A stretch of 64,000 nt of DNA from a virus. The notes under the pieces are model-generated. The model was not told the DNA's origin, did no database searches, and was given only the letters and a program-made list of their open reading frames with translations. The DNA lies in IMG/VR virus record IMGVR_UViG_3300027749_000046; one strand, 5' to 3'. The position numbers and the translations under genes are program-made. This document shows positions 18,468-28,300 of this stretch, piece after piece; the first letter of the stretch is position 1; the number at the start of each line of letters is the position of its first letter.

Positions 18468-19516
18468 TAGTAGAGCTTCCTTAGTGTGTAGACACGAACT
18501 TCACCGCGTGCCCCGGTCGTGTTTGTCAATCCCGAACCTCCACCCCCAGGAACTGCAGCAGCCACCGAAGAATTTGCGCCAGATCCACCATAGATTGATT
18601 GGCCGCCGGTACCAGTAGTTCCCGCTCCACCGCCGCCTCCATATATAGATTGGCCGCCGGCGCCAGTAGTACCAGATCCACCTCCACCGCCATAAACTGA
18701 ACCACCGGCTGCAGTTGCAGAAATTGTACCGCCGCCCCCACCAAATGTTGAATTATTAGACGCCGCAGAACCACCGACTGCGCCAAGAGGACCGCCACCG
18801 GTATTAGCAGTGCCCGCACTACTCCAGCCGCCACCACCGCCGCCTACAGTAGTATTCGCTGCGCCGCCACCGTATGCAGTTAGTAGATTGCCGATGATGT
18901 CAGAAATAGAGCTATTACCACCAGCGATACCAGCAGTGCCGCCGCCCCCAACAACTACGTTAGCAGTGTAACCAGCACCCGCGCCACCAAGACCCGGACC
19001 TTGATCGCCATAGATACCATATACCATAGCACCGCCACCACCGCCAAAACCAGTAGTTGTATTACCACCAGCCCCTCCGCCCCACATGTAGACAAAGTAC
19101 AACTCGTGGCCCGTATTAGCCCAAGCCGGCCTCGTCCATTGTCCATTCGCGGTGAATATCTGTGTGTTGACCAACTCAGTTGTAAAGCTGAAATTAGTCA
19201 ATAAAGAATTAGCCCCTATTCCATTCGCGGTGAATAGATGTCCTCCGCTGTTATAGCGATTATATGCGTTTGAGGCATAGTAAGAAGCAGCGTTTGTATA
19301 TCCGCCGACGTAGATAGATGGAGTCACTATAGTGGAAGACAAGATAACATTGGAAGTAGAATTACCGACTACTATCGAAGTAGTATTCGTTGTTATATTG
19401 TTAGATATAGGAATATACGAAGTAGAATTAATTGTGAGATTAGAAATACCCCCTAACACCAGAGTATTTGCGTTTAGATATGTTACAGTCAGAGTTGATA
19501 GCTGAAGTGTCGACAT
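18467..19516 (-). CDS. Fibre-tip/adhesin, glycine-rich domain only
   Basis: QIFTANGQWTRP...MWGGGAGG...GARGEVRVY; paralog of the two downstream genes. Confidence 0.7.
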   Translation of the reverse strand: MSTLQLSTLTVTYLNANTLVLGGISNLTINSTSYIPISNNITTNTTSIVVGNSTSNVILSSTIVTPSIYVGGYTNAASYYASNAYNRYNSGGHLFTANGIGANSLLTNFSFTTELVNTQIFTANGQWTRPAWANTGHELYFVYMWGGGAGGNTTTGFGGGGGAMVYGIYGDQGPGLGGAGAGYTANVVVGGGGTAGIAGGNSSISDIIGNLLTAYGGGAANTTVGGGGGGWSSAGTANTGGGPLGAVGGSAASNNSTFGGGGGTISATAAGGSVYGGGGGSGTTGAGGQSIYGGGGGAGTTGTGGQSIYGGSGANSSVAAAVPGGGGSGLTNTTGARGEVRVYTLRKLY

Positions 19517-19519
19517 TCT

Positions 19520-20227
19520 TTATCCCGTCTTATATTCGAATATACCAGTATTTATAGGTTTGATACCAGTTAAGATCTCTACTAAAGCGCCTTGAGTTCC
19601 CGCATGGTTGAATGGAACTGCTGGATCGCACCAGATATCTAGACCGGACTCGATAGCTCGCTTGCAGAACACGTAGTCCTCACCCCAGAACTCACCGTCT
19701 ATCAGCTCGGTGTTGAAGAATGCATACCCGTCTTCTATCTCTCCTAGTATGTTCACCACGCTGTAGTAGAGCTTGGAGTGGAACTCCTGCATCTTCTCTA
19801 CTGCAGATCTCGTCATCATGAGAAATCCAGCCGGCACCCCTAGCATCTTGAGCAGGTTGCCCTCGGACTCTATCGCTCCATTCTCTATCGTCTTCGGTAT
19901 GAACAGGAACTTCTTTCCCACGTCGGCGTTCGTTCTAGCCGGATACACGCCCGCCACTATGTCCCTATCATAATTCAGAAACTTGAGAGGCGCCTCTGGA
20001 TGCCAGGCTAAGTCGCTGTCGATGCAAAGCAAGTGAGTGCAGTCGGACTCGACAAATGCTTGAACTATCTCGTTGCGCTCTCTGGCGAGTATAGAGCCGG
20101 TCGTAGGAAGCAGGAGCTCCGTCTTTACTTTTGCTTGGTCTAGTATATAGAGGCTTCGAGTTAGAGATAGAACATATGCGTTGTCAACTTTACCGTGGTG
20201 GCATGGCGTTGCGATCATAAGCTTCAT
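19520..20227 (-). CDS. GT-A fold (GT2-like) glycosyltransferase
   Basis: N-terminal IATP strand, ARERN helix, THLLCIDSD (DxD), DIVAGVYP, GFLMMTR, GEDYVFC...G.DIWCD....H motifs. Confidence 0.85.
   Translation of the reverse strand: MKLMIATPCHHGKVDNAYVLSLTRSLYILDQAKVKTELLLPTTGSILARERNEIVQAFVESDCTHLLCIDSDLAWHPEAPLKFLNYDRDIVAGVYPARTNADVGKKFLFIPKTIENGAIESEGNLLKMLGVPAGFLMMTRSAVEKMQEFHSKLYYSVVNILGEIEDGYAFFNTELIDGEFWGEDYVFCKRAIESGLDIWCDPAVPFNHAGTQGALVEILTGIKPINTGIFEYKTG
19549..19556 (-). promoter_or_regulatory. Probable late promoter TATAAATA in the 3' end of the glycosyltransferase gene, serving the glycine-rich tip genes
   Basis: Exact consensus about 33 bp upstream of the ATG at 19516. Confidence 0.55.
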
Positions 20228-20242
20228 AATATAAGTTCTCCA

Positions 20243-21721
20243 TCATGTCTTTATGTATATGTATGTGTTTCCATAGTTAGCAGTCGCAGTGTCATAAACT
20301 GGAATCCCTCTAGCTGTGCCGTAGTACTCTTCTAAGAAAGGCGGCGTGATGAACTGCGTGTTGGAGTTATAAGGTATAACTTTGCTATAGATAGTATTGC
20401 CTAACCCCTGCGAAGAGCCTCCAACTACCACATATACGTTGTTACCATATGAGATATTTAAAGCTCCCCATGAACCTAAACCACCATAACCACTACCGCT
20501 GCTAACAACTCCGCACGCTTTAGTAAGTATAGAAGACGAGATATTTGTCCACGTTATGCCGTCTGTAGACGTCTGTGTGCTGCTCATTCCGCCGCCGCCA
20601 TATGATGGACCTAAGCCGCCGATGGACTGTGCGCCAAGAGCAAAGAATCTACCGTTCACGAACTTTATGGTGCTTATGCCTGTATAGCTATTTGCCGTCT
20701 GTCGCGCAGTCCAGTTAACACCGTCTGTTGATGTCTGTACCCATCCTCTACTGTAATAAAGACTTGCGTCAAGAACAAACGTACCATTTCCATAATCGCC
20801 AGTGTAGTGTGTATTATTATTAGCAATATAAGCATAATCACCGTCAAATGCTCCGGTTCTAGTAGTCCAAGTAATAAGATCCGTGCTAGTTGATATGCTT
20901 GGTCTTCCAACGCTATTAGCGCTGGCGCAAACATACACGCCATTTCCATACATCAAGGCACCGTAGACCCAGCTATTAGAAATCGTGAAAGGTATAGTAT
21001 ACGCGCTACTCCAAGTTGTTCCGTCTGTAGACTTAATGGTATTGGCAGACGACCCCGACGTCGTTCCATTTAGATATGAACTTACAACGAATGTATTATT
21101 AACTATATAAACTTGACCTGTGTTTCCAGTTCCTAAAGTTATTCCTGCTGCGGTGTACGCTGATGAAGTTGCATTAGACCAAGTAATAGCGTCTGTAGAA
21201 TTATATACGTTTAGACCAACATCAGAGTATACGAACTTGCCGTTTCCGTACGCTATTGCCGTGCCGCTGTATCCTACCGGATAAACTGCGCTTTGCGTCC
21301 ATGTTATACCATCGGTTGATCTTAAGTATAATGAATTGCCTCCAATTATTGTAGCTACAAAAACGCCGTTTCCGTATACGATACAGTTCGCCCCATACAC
21401 AGATGGGTTGGGGACTGTCCCCGATGAAAATGGATTAGATACCCATGAGTTTGAAGAAGAGACAATTGTGGAGAGATTTGGATAGTCGACACTATTATAC
21501 GGGGTGTTGCTCACTGATATATATCCAGCAGGCGCGGTACTGTTTGCGCTTAGAAGATAAGTACCCGTAGAGTTGTACTGAGAAGATGAAGCCGCGCTCA
21601 CGAGAGACTGAGTGTTCGTGGCAATTCCGTTTGCAGTTATGGTCACACTATTATTCGAGAAGTTCACGCCGTTGACGCTACCGCTGTCAAAGTAGATTGA
21701 GTTGGTCTGAAGTATCGACAT
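20243..21721 (-). CDS. Fibre-tip protein with Asp-box/BNR-like beta-propeller repeats
   Basis: Repeated (I/V)xYGNGxFV...STDGITWT units. Confidence 0.72.
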   Translation of the reverse strand: MSILQTNSIYFDSGSVNGVNFSNNSVTITANGIATNTQSLVSAASSSQYNSTGTYLLSANSTAPAGYISVSNTPYNSVDYPNLSTIVSSSNSWVSNPFSSGTVPNPSVYGANCIVYGNGVFVATIIGGNSLYLRSTDGITWTQSAVYPVGYSGTAIAYGNGKFVYSDVGLNVYNSTDAITWSNATSSAYTAAGITLGTGNTGQVYIVNNTFVVSSYLNGTTSGSSANTIKSTDGTTWSSAYTIPFTISNSWVYGALMYGNGVYVCASANSVGRPSISTSTDLITWTTRTGAFDGDYAYIANNNTHYTGDYGNGTFVLDASLYYSRGWVQTSTDGVNWTARQTANSYTGISTIKFVNGRFFALGAQSIGGLGPSYGGGGMSSTQTSTDGITWTNISSSILTKACGVVSSGSGYGGLGSWGALNISYGNNVYVVVGGSSQGLGNTIYSKVIPYNSNTQFITPPFLEEYYGTARGIPVYDTATANYGNTYIYIKT

Positions 21722-23208
21722 TATGTTGCCCTCAAGTATGATATTTGATCTCCAGCAGTAACTTTAGTACGCAGCTTGAAGTAAGTCTGCGGGTCGTATG
21801 AGAATAGATTACTTCCAAAGGTAGTACCTAAAGATCTAAATGTCCCATTTAGATAAGCATTAGCTGTACTGTAGATATAAGGGCCGGAAGTCAGACCGGC
21901 ATTACCGTCTAAAAGATACCCAATAGTAGAAGTATTAGTCGGAATTATATAAGATCCTAAAGATCCCTGATAGATTATAGAACCATTAACAGAAGCAATA
22001 CAACCGCCTATAGACGGGCTTAGAACACCATTAGAATAAAAATTCGCGCTATTGTCAGCCGATGTAATGTTAGTACTTCCTGTTATGTGAATTGTATTAA
22101 TACTGGAGAGATATAGAAAATTCTGACTTCCAGTCTGCAAATTTACCATAGAAGGTAAAATTGTATTTGTACTGCTGGTGGTAGAGGTGCCGTCTAGATT
22201 AGACACAGTCCAGGTAGTACCGTTCGTGGACCTGCATATCCTCAATCCGCCGCTCCCTCCACCAGAAGGAGGTCCATACCCTACGGCCACAAAGTATCCG
22301 TTCGCGTATCCGACGTTAGTAAACACGCAATTGCTGGTAAATGGATTAGTTCTATTTGTCCAAGTTATTCCGTTTGTTGATGTCTGTATACTTCCTATTG
22401 ACGTAAGAGGAAATGAGTATACTGCACTAATACCAAGTGCTCCGGTATTACCACCTACAGCCACGAAGACACCATTCCCATAGGCAACAGAGTAAGGCTC
22501 TGTAGATGTATTTGCCAGAGTTCTAAGGGTCCAAGAAGACCCATTAGAAGAAGTCTGCAGTGTAGATGATCCATTTAACGAGTTCGAAACTGCTTGAGCT
22601 ATAATGAAGACGCCGTTTCCATATGCAAGAGCACCTGGATTATAATAATTACTAGCTGAGGTCATATTAGGAGAGCTTGTGGTGTAAGTCCACGTTACAG
22701 AGTCTGCGCTGTAGTATACAGCATTAGCATTTAATCCCCCTGATAATCCATCATATCCAATTCCCACGTATACGTTATTTCCAAAAACATAATCAAATAT
22801 TGCGCATGACTGTGGCGCGGTAGTAGTGTTGGCTAACAATACCACCGGAGTATATAAAAGTAGATCTGCATATGAGTAGGCATAGGTATTATAGTAACCC
22901 AGCCAAGTTGAGTTCGCATTCTTATTCTGCAGGATACCAGTGGGAATTAGATTGGCATTAGTAAAAGTTGCGCCGCTTGGGAAGATTACATACTCATTGA
23001 TCTTGGTCTCGTTTACGGCAGAGCCGTTGAAGTAAGCCGCAGTGGAGTTGACAACCATATTTGCTGAGGATACAGAAGTAGAGTTGATGATGTATGTCTG
23101 CGTGTTCGCAACTATATTGAGCGTCTGGTTAGTAGGACTCGACGTATTAGCGTATATCCTGTTGTTACCAGAAGAGTCGAAACTTAAGTTTGATACTACT
23201 ATGGTCAT
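21721..23208 (-). CDS. Fibre-tip protein with beta-propeller repeats (paralog)
   Basis: AYGNGVFV...QTSTNGITWT repeats; TAATG-type coupling to both neighbours. Confidence 0.72.
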   Translation of the reverse strand: MTIVVSNLSFDSSGNNRIYANTSSPTNQTLNIVANTQTYIINSTSVSSANMVVNSTAAYFNGSAVNETKINEYVIFPSGATFTNANLIPTGILQNKNANSTWLGYYNTYAYSYADLLLYTPVVLLANTTTAPQSCAIFDYVFGNNVYVGIGYDGLSGGLNANAVYYSADSVTWTYTTSSPNMTSASNYYNPGALAYGNGVFIIAQAVSNSLNGSSTLQTSSNGSSWTLRTLANTSTEPYSVAYGNGVFVAVGGNTGALGISAVYSFPLTSIGSIQTSTNGITWTNRTNPFTSNCVFTNVGYANGYFVAVGYGPPSGGGSGGLRICRSTNGTTWTVSNLDGTSTTSSTNTILPSMVNLQTGSQNFLYLSSINTIHITGSTNITSADNSANFYSNGVLSPSIGGCIASVNGSIIYQGSLGSYIIPTNTSTIGYLLDGNAGLTSGPYIYSTANAYLNGTFRSLGTTFGSNLFSYDPQTYFKLRTKVTAGDQISYLRAT

Positions 23209-24650
23209 CAGCTGCTCCTCACGTATATATAAGTATTTGTCATTATATCAGTTGTTGGGATCGCGTTAGATGTGTTCCATCCTGTATACTGCGCTATCTT
23301 GTTGTTTCTTCCATAAAATCTAGAGAACACGGTATTTGTGACGTACGCGTATGGCAGAGTCGGTACGTATATCTCGGTGCTAGCAAGAGTAGTTAGGACG
23401 TAGGGGGTGCTAGCAATCGTTCCGACAGAGGCCAGCATATTTAAAGTAGGCGAGTAGGCAATACCGGCTACAGCATACGATGCAGTATTAGACAATACAC
23501 CCAGAAGATTACTTCCCATATAATCCCAAGTATTACCATCAGTCGTTCTATATGCAACCCCAGAAGTACCTAGCGCGTAGAAGTAACCATTGGCATATGT
23601 AACTGCTGATAAATAACTATAGAAACCCGTCGAAGTCCATGTAGTCCCGTTTGTAGATCTAGCGCTATAATTGGTATATCCGACGGCTAAGAAGACTCCA
23701 TTACCGTACGCCACAGAATATAAGTTTGAAGATATAGGGGAAGTTTGCTGTGTCCATGACGTGCCGTTAGTAGATGACTGAATGGTTCCATTGGATCCAA
23801 CAGACACGAATACGCCGTTTCCATAGGCTATAGAAAAACCAGCATAGTTATTAGCGGAAGTTCTGCGCGTCCACGTGGTGCTGTCTGTAGAAGTCCACAC
23901 ACCATTCCCAGCATAATTGCCAAGGCTGTTAGCTTGTTTAGTAGTAGCAACGTACACACCGTTGCCATATGCCACGCTCTGTGGATAAGAATTCGAACCT
24001 GTCACAGCTTGCACATAAGTCCACGTAACTGCGTCTGTAGAACTCAATATAACACCGCTTGAAGTCGCGAGGTTAGAGTTATTAGACGCGCCGACGGCCA
24101 CGTACTTGTCGTTTCCATATGCTACACCGAGTAGCAAGCAGTTGGCACCAGCGCCACTAACGCTTCTGTTAGTCCACGTTAGTCCGTCTGGAGAAGTCTG
24201 TATCATCCCGGCATTTCCGGTACTAACAGAATTACCTCCTACCATGACGAATTGGTTATTTCCCCACGTGATAGACTGAATACTATTTGCTAAACTCGCG
24301 TTCGCGTGCGTTCTTTGATTCCAAATGACACCAAAGTCAGGCTGGTTGTTCTGAAGTACGGGATAGAGAGTAGCCCACTGAGAAGACGCGCTATTTATGA
24401 TGGCGCTGGCATTCACGCAGTTGGCTAGAGTAGTCGCATTGCTGCTGAAGACGTAGGTTCCAATAGCTTGACCGGGAGGGACGAGAGGAACTATCTGCTT
24501 CGTGGTGTTGTTTCCGACAGATAGAGACGTTGTGTTTACTCCGAGTAGAACAGTATTAGACTGGAATATTGTTACGTTTACGCCGTCGAAGTGTATTCGA
24601 TTATTTCCGGTCGGCTCTAGGTGTACGTTGGCTACTACTATTGTGCTCAT
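23208..24650 (-). CDS. Fibre-tip protein with beta-propeller repeats (paralog)
   Basis: About six VAYGNGVF...S(T/P)(D/N)GxxWT repeats. Confidence 0.72.
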   Translation of the reverse strand: MSTIVVANVHLEPTGNNRIHFDGVNVTIFQSNTVLLGVNTTSLSVGNNTTKQIVPLVPPGQAIGTYVFSSNATTLANCVNASAIINSASSQWATLYPVLQNNQPDFGVIWNQRTHANASLANSIQSITWGNNQFVMVGGNSVSTGNAGMIQTSPDGLTWTNRSVSGAGANCLLLGVAYGNDKYVAVGASNNSNLATSSGVILSSTDAVTWTYVQAVTGSNSYPQSVAYGNGVYVATTKQANSLGNYAGNGVWTSTDSTTWTRRTSANNYAGFSIAYGNGVFVSVGSNGTIQSSTNGTSWTQQTSPISSNLYSVAYGNGVFLAVGYTNYSARSTNGTTWTSTGFYSYLSAVTYANGYFYALGTSGVAYRTTDGNTWDYMGSNLLGVLSNTASYAVAGIAYSPTLNMLASVGTIASTPYVLTTLASTEIYVPTLPYAYVTNTVFSRFYGRNNKIAQYTGWNTSNAIPTTDIMTNTYIYVRSS

Positions 24651-24667
24651 GATATCTCTCTATTCAA

Positions 24668-25297
24668 TTATACGCCGATCGCTAGATAATATACGTTAGC
24701 AGTTGTTGTTGTTGAAGACGATCTAAGGTTAGCAGAAGTTAAACCAGATGCAGAAACATATGGTACGTTAGCGCCAGCTAATACAGTATTATCTCTAGCA
24801 GACATTGTTATTGAATAAACAGCTGTTGTAAATGGCGTAGGCCATGTAGTAATACTTGTCGTATTACACACTAATGTTCCCCACTGCAGCAGCAGTCCGT
24901 TTGGAAGACGGGTATAGCCGTTTGCTGTGATCGATGATGTACCGAGTGCGAGACTGTTGCCGGTTACTGCCACCTGACCATTACCGTAAACGCTCATGAA
25001 CGTAGAAGTCGCGTTGACAAATGAGGCCACAGTGCCAGTGTTCGACTGAACGTATATGCCTGTGCCGGTATTCGAGACAAACTGACCGCCTACGCTGGTA
25101 TTAGACTGACCATATAAACCATAGCCAGTGCTTGAGTAAGCAACAACAGCGTGATCTGCTTGACTGTTATTGCCTACTACCATCCTACCAGTGTTCGACC
25201 ACAGGGAAATACCTGGATTGCCGGTGTTTCCAGTAGATATCGACAAGTCGGTGGTGCCGTTTGCTGTTCTTATATTTGTCGTGCTTAGAGTGCTCAT
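24668..25297 (-). CDS. Short fibre-tip protein with NGYTRLPNGLLLQWG C-terminal fibre domain
   Basis: C-terminal domain ending YLAIGV is paralogous to the C-terminus of 29357..31042. Confidence 0.7.
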   Translation of the reverse strand: MSTLSTTNIRTANGTTDLSISTGNTGNPGISLWSNTGRMVVGNNSQADHAVVAYSSTGYGLYGQSNTSVGGQFVSNTGTGIYVQSNTGTVASFVNATSTFMSVYGNGQVAVTGNSLALGTSSITANGYTRLPNGLLLQWGTLVCNTTSITTWPTPFTTAVYSITMSARDNTVLAGANVPYVSASGLTSANLRSSSTTTTANVYYLAIGV

Positions 25298-25307
25298 CTC
25301 ATTTTCC

Positions 25308-28300
25308 TTAGACTATGACCCATCTTGATCCAGTTTGTATAGTAACGTCCGCATTCAGAGTTATAGGTCCGGCGGACATATAGTTATAGGCGGTCTGCGC
25401 CGTGTAGTTAGTATTGACTGTCTTACCGCTGATGAAGAAATTGGTGTCTGAACCAGCTCCAGTACCAGTACCAATTCCAGGATTGGTCGTCATTGTCGAT
25501 CCGTCTGAGAACTTAATACCGCTCGCTGTGAACTCGAGTTGACCAGCTACAGTAAGCTTAGATGCCGGCGCGCTGTTGCCTATGCCTATATTACCGTTGG
25601 CATAGATACCAGCAAAAGTAGCAGTAGCATTAGCAAATAGTGCTACTATACCTGTGTTTGACTGTGCATAAAGACCATATCCAGTATTTGATATACCATA
25701 GATGCCACCACCGCCGCCTCCATTTACACCGCCAATGCCCTGTACGCCATAAGAAGAATTTGATTGACCATACACGCCAACGCTGGAGTTTGATAGACCA
25801 CTAATAGCAATTACTGCAGCTGTCGTTGAGCCGGCAGTAATTGTAGCAGAATTAACTGAAGTGGCATTAACAACACCGGTATAAACACCGGCAGAGTTAA
25901 CAACTGTAGATGTACCTACCGTATAAGACGCAGAGTTAATCGTTGTGGCATTAACAACACCGGTATAAACACCAGTGGAGTTAGCAACTGTAGATGTACC
26001 TACCGTATAAGAATAAGCATTCACCGAACCGGTAGCAAGAATGCTAGCTACTGTAGAGTTACCACCAGGTGTTATCTGTACATTACCTGCAGAGTTAGCT
26101 ATATTTATGATCGATGTAGTCTGAGTGGTGGTGCTGTTACCAATCGATAAAGAGCCGGTATTTGATATAGTTACAGTCGGTAGTGTCGTTGTGTTACCGG
26201 CGTATGAGATAGAAGTATTTGATATAGTTAAGACTGTGCCGACAGTATAAGATGCAGAGTTAACACCAGCAACAGATATATTAGAAGAATTTATCGCAGT
26301 ATTAACATCAGCTGCCTGAAGTGATGTTAATGCGATATTTGTACCATCGCCGCGAAGATAGTAAGCTGCGGTTGCGCCACCTGCGAGAGCATTGAGCGCA
26401 GCCTGTCTTGTGGTTGCACTAGTACCACCTTGTGCAAAACCAACAGCCGTGAAACCCGTGGCCAATGAGCCAGAAGCAAGAGCACCGGTACCAGTTATAC
26501 CGGTATATGAACCTGTTAGCTGTCCATTTGGTAATGTACCGGTTGTTATATTTGTAGCATTTGAGTAGTAAGAAGCAAGCTGGCCATTTAGATATGTTGT
26601 GTTATTTGAAGTTCCAGAATAAGATGTAGAGTTGAGTATGGTAACTGTAGAGTTACTTATTGTTATAGAGTTAGCCGCAATAGATCCAGGTACTGTACTA
26701 TTAGCTGATATACTAATAGAAGTTGAATTTACAACAAACGCGCCTAACGAGCCATATGGCTGAAGAAATGCCTGTAGGCTGCCTGTGGTAGTATTAGCGG
26801 ATGTAGTGTCGATAGTAGAAGACGTATTTGGATTATTCTTTGTTCCAAATATTCTATATACTGGATTGCTGTTTGAAGATGAAGCCGCTATCCTAGCCAC
26901 GCCAGAGTACCAAGTTACAGTTGAGTTGCCAGCAGGAGAGAAGAAGCCGGTGTCTACTACATCAGTATTAGTATTATTAAGGCCAAGCTCAATGATATTA
27001 TCATTTACTATGAGGTTCTGTGTGTTAACAGTGAGTGTTGTACCGAGAATTGTTAGATTTCCAGATATAGTAGCGTCACCTGTTACACTCAGGGAATTAG
27101 ACGTTATATTATTCACGTAGGCATTCGCTGCAGTGATATTTCCCGCAAATACTGTGCCCGTGCTGCTCATTGTCTGACGTATAATACCGCCGCTGACCAG
27201 TGACAGCTGGCCGTTAGCTGGATTATACATACCCGTATCTGAGTTTGCAGCAAATGAGTAAGATGGTGATCCAGCAGTTCCAGGATTAGCTAGAACAGTA
27301 TTAGCGCTTATGTTATTACTGAGAGTTAAGTTTTTATTTGCGCTGTTGAATGTGAACGCAGCGTCTCCACCGAATGATCCCGAGCTGTTGTACTGCACCT
27401 GCGTGTTAGATCCACCGGCACTGAACAGTGTCGTGCTCGTCATGGTGGTCCCATCTGGGAACTTAACACCGCCTGTTGTAGACTCGATAATACCAGCTAC
27501 AGTCAGCTTAGAACCAGGGGTTGTATTACTGACGCCAACTCTGCTGTTGGTGGTGTCAACAAATAACAGGCTCGTATTGAAGCTCGAGTTTGGTCCTGCT
27601 ACTGTGATGCCGTTTGAGAAGTTGCCAGATGATCCAAATACGGTCCACCTGCTTGTACTATTACCGAGAGCGTACGCATTTGTAGAAGGAATAATATCGC
27701 CAGTACCAGTGCCCGTGTACGTAATGGCGCCTGTTACTATAAGATCGCCGCCTACTCTAAGAGTACCAGTAATATTAGCAGAAGCTCCAGTCGCGTTAAA
27801 GCTATTGGTCGTGATATTATTTGTGGATATTGTTAGAGAAGTTACGTTACCTGTTAAGTTGCCTGTTATAGTAGTAGCAGCGACGTTGCCAGTTAAGTTG
27901 CCTGTTATAGTAGTGGCAGTAACGTTACCTACAAGATTACCGGAGATGTTAGTTGCATTTACGTTGGTAGCTATGACGGTATTTGTATACACATTAGCCG
28001 AAGCGTTTACCACGGTTGCAGAGACATTGCCAATCAAGATACCTGTTAAGTTGCCTGTTATAGTACTGGCAGTAACGTTACCTACAAGATTACCGGAGAT
28101 GTTAGTTGCATTTACGTTGGTAGCTATGACGGTATTTACGTTTACAGCTGTGGCATTGAGGTTTGCGGTGGCGTTGATATTACCGAATGCTCCATTTCCA
28201 GAAGCAGAGATATTACCCTCAACGCGAAGCTTGTCAGCAGGAGCACTATTACCTATACCAACTCTGCTGTTTACTGAGTCGACAAAGAGAGTATTACCAG

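Noticed and set aside
15320-25297. Shufflon or invertible tail-fibre cassette
   Set aside because: All tips are complete genes on one strand with their own starts; no inverted recombination sites or invertase seen
25861-28137. Possible DGR template/variable repeat pairs in the Asn-rich fibre
   Set aside because: Mismatches are not adenine-specific, both copies are in-frame and internal, and no reverse transcriptase is present in the window
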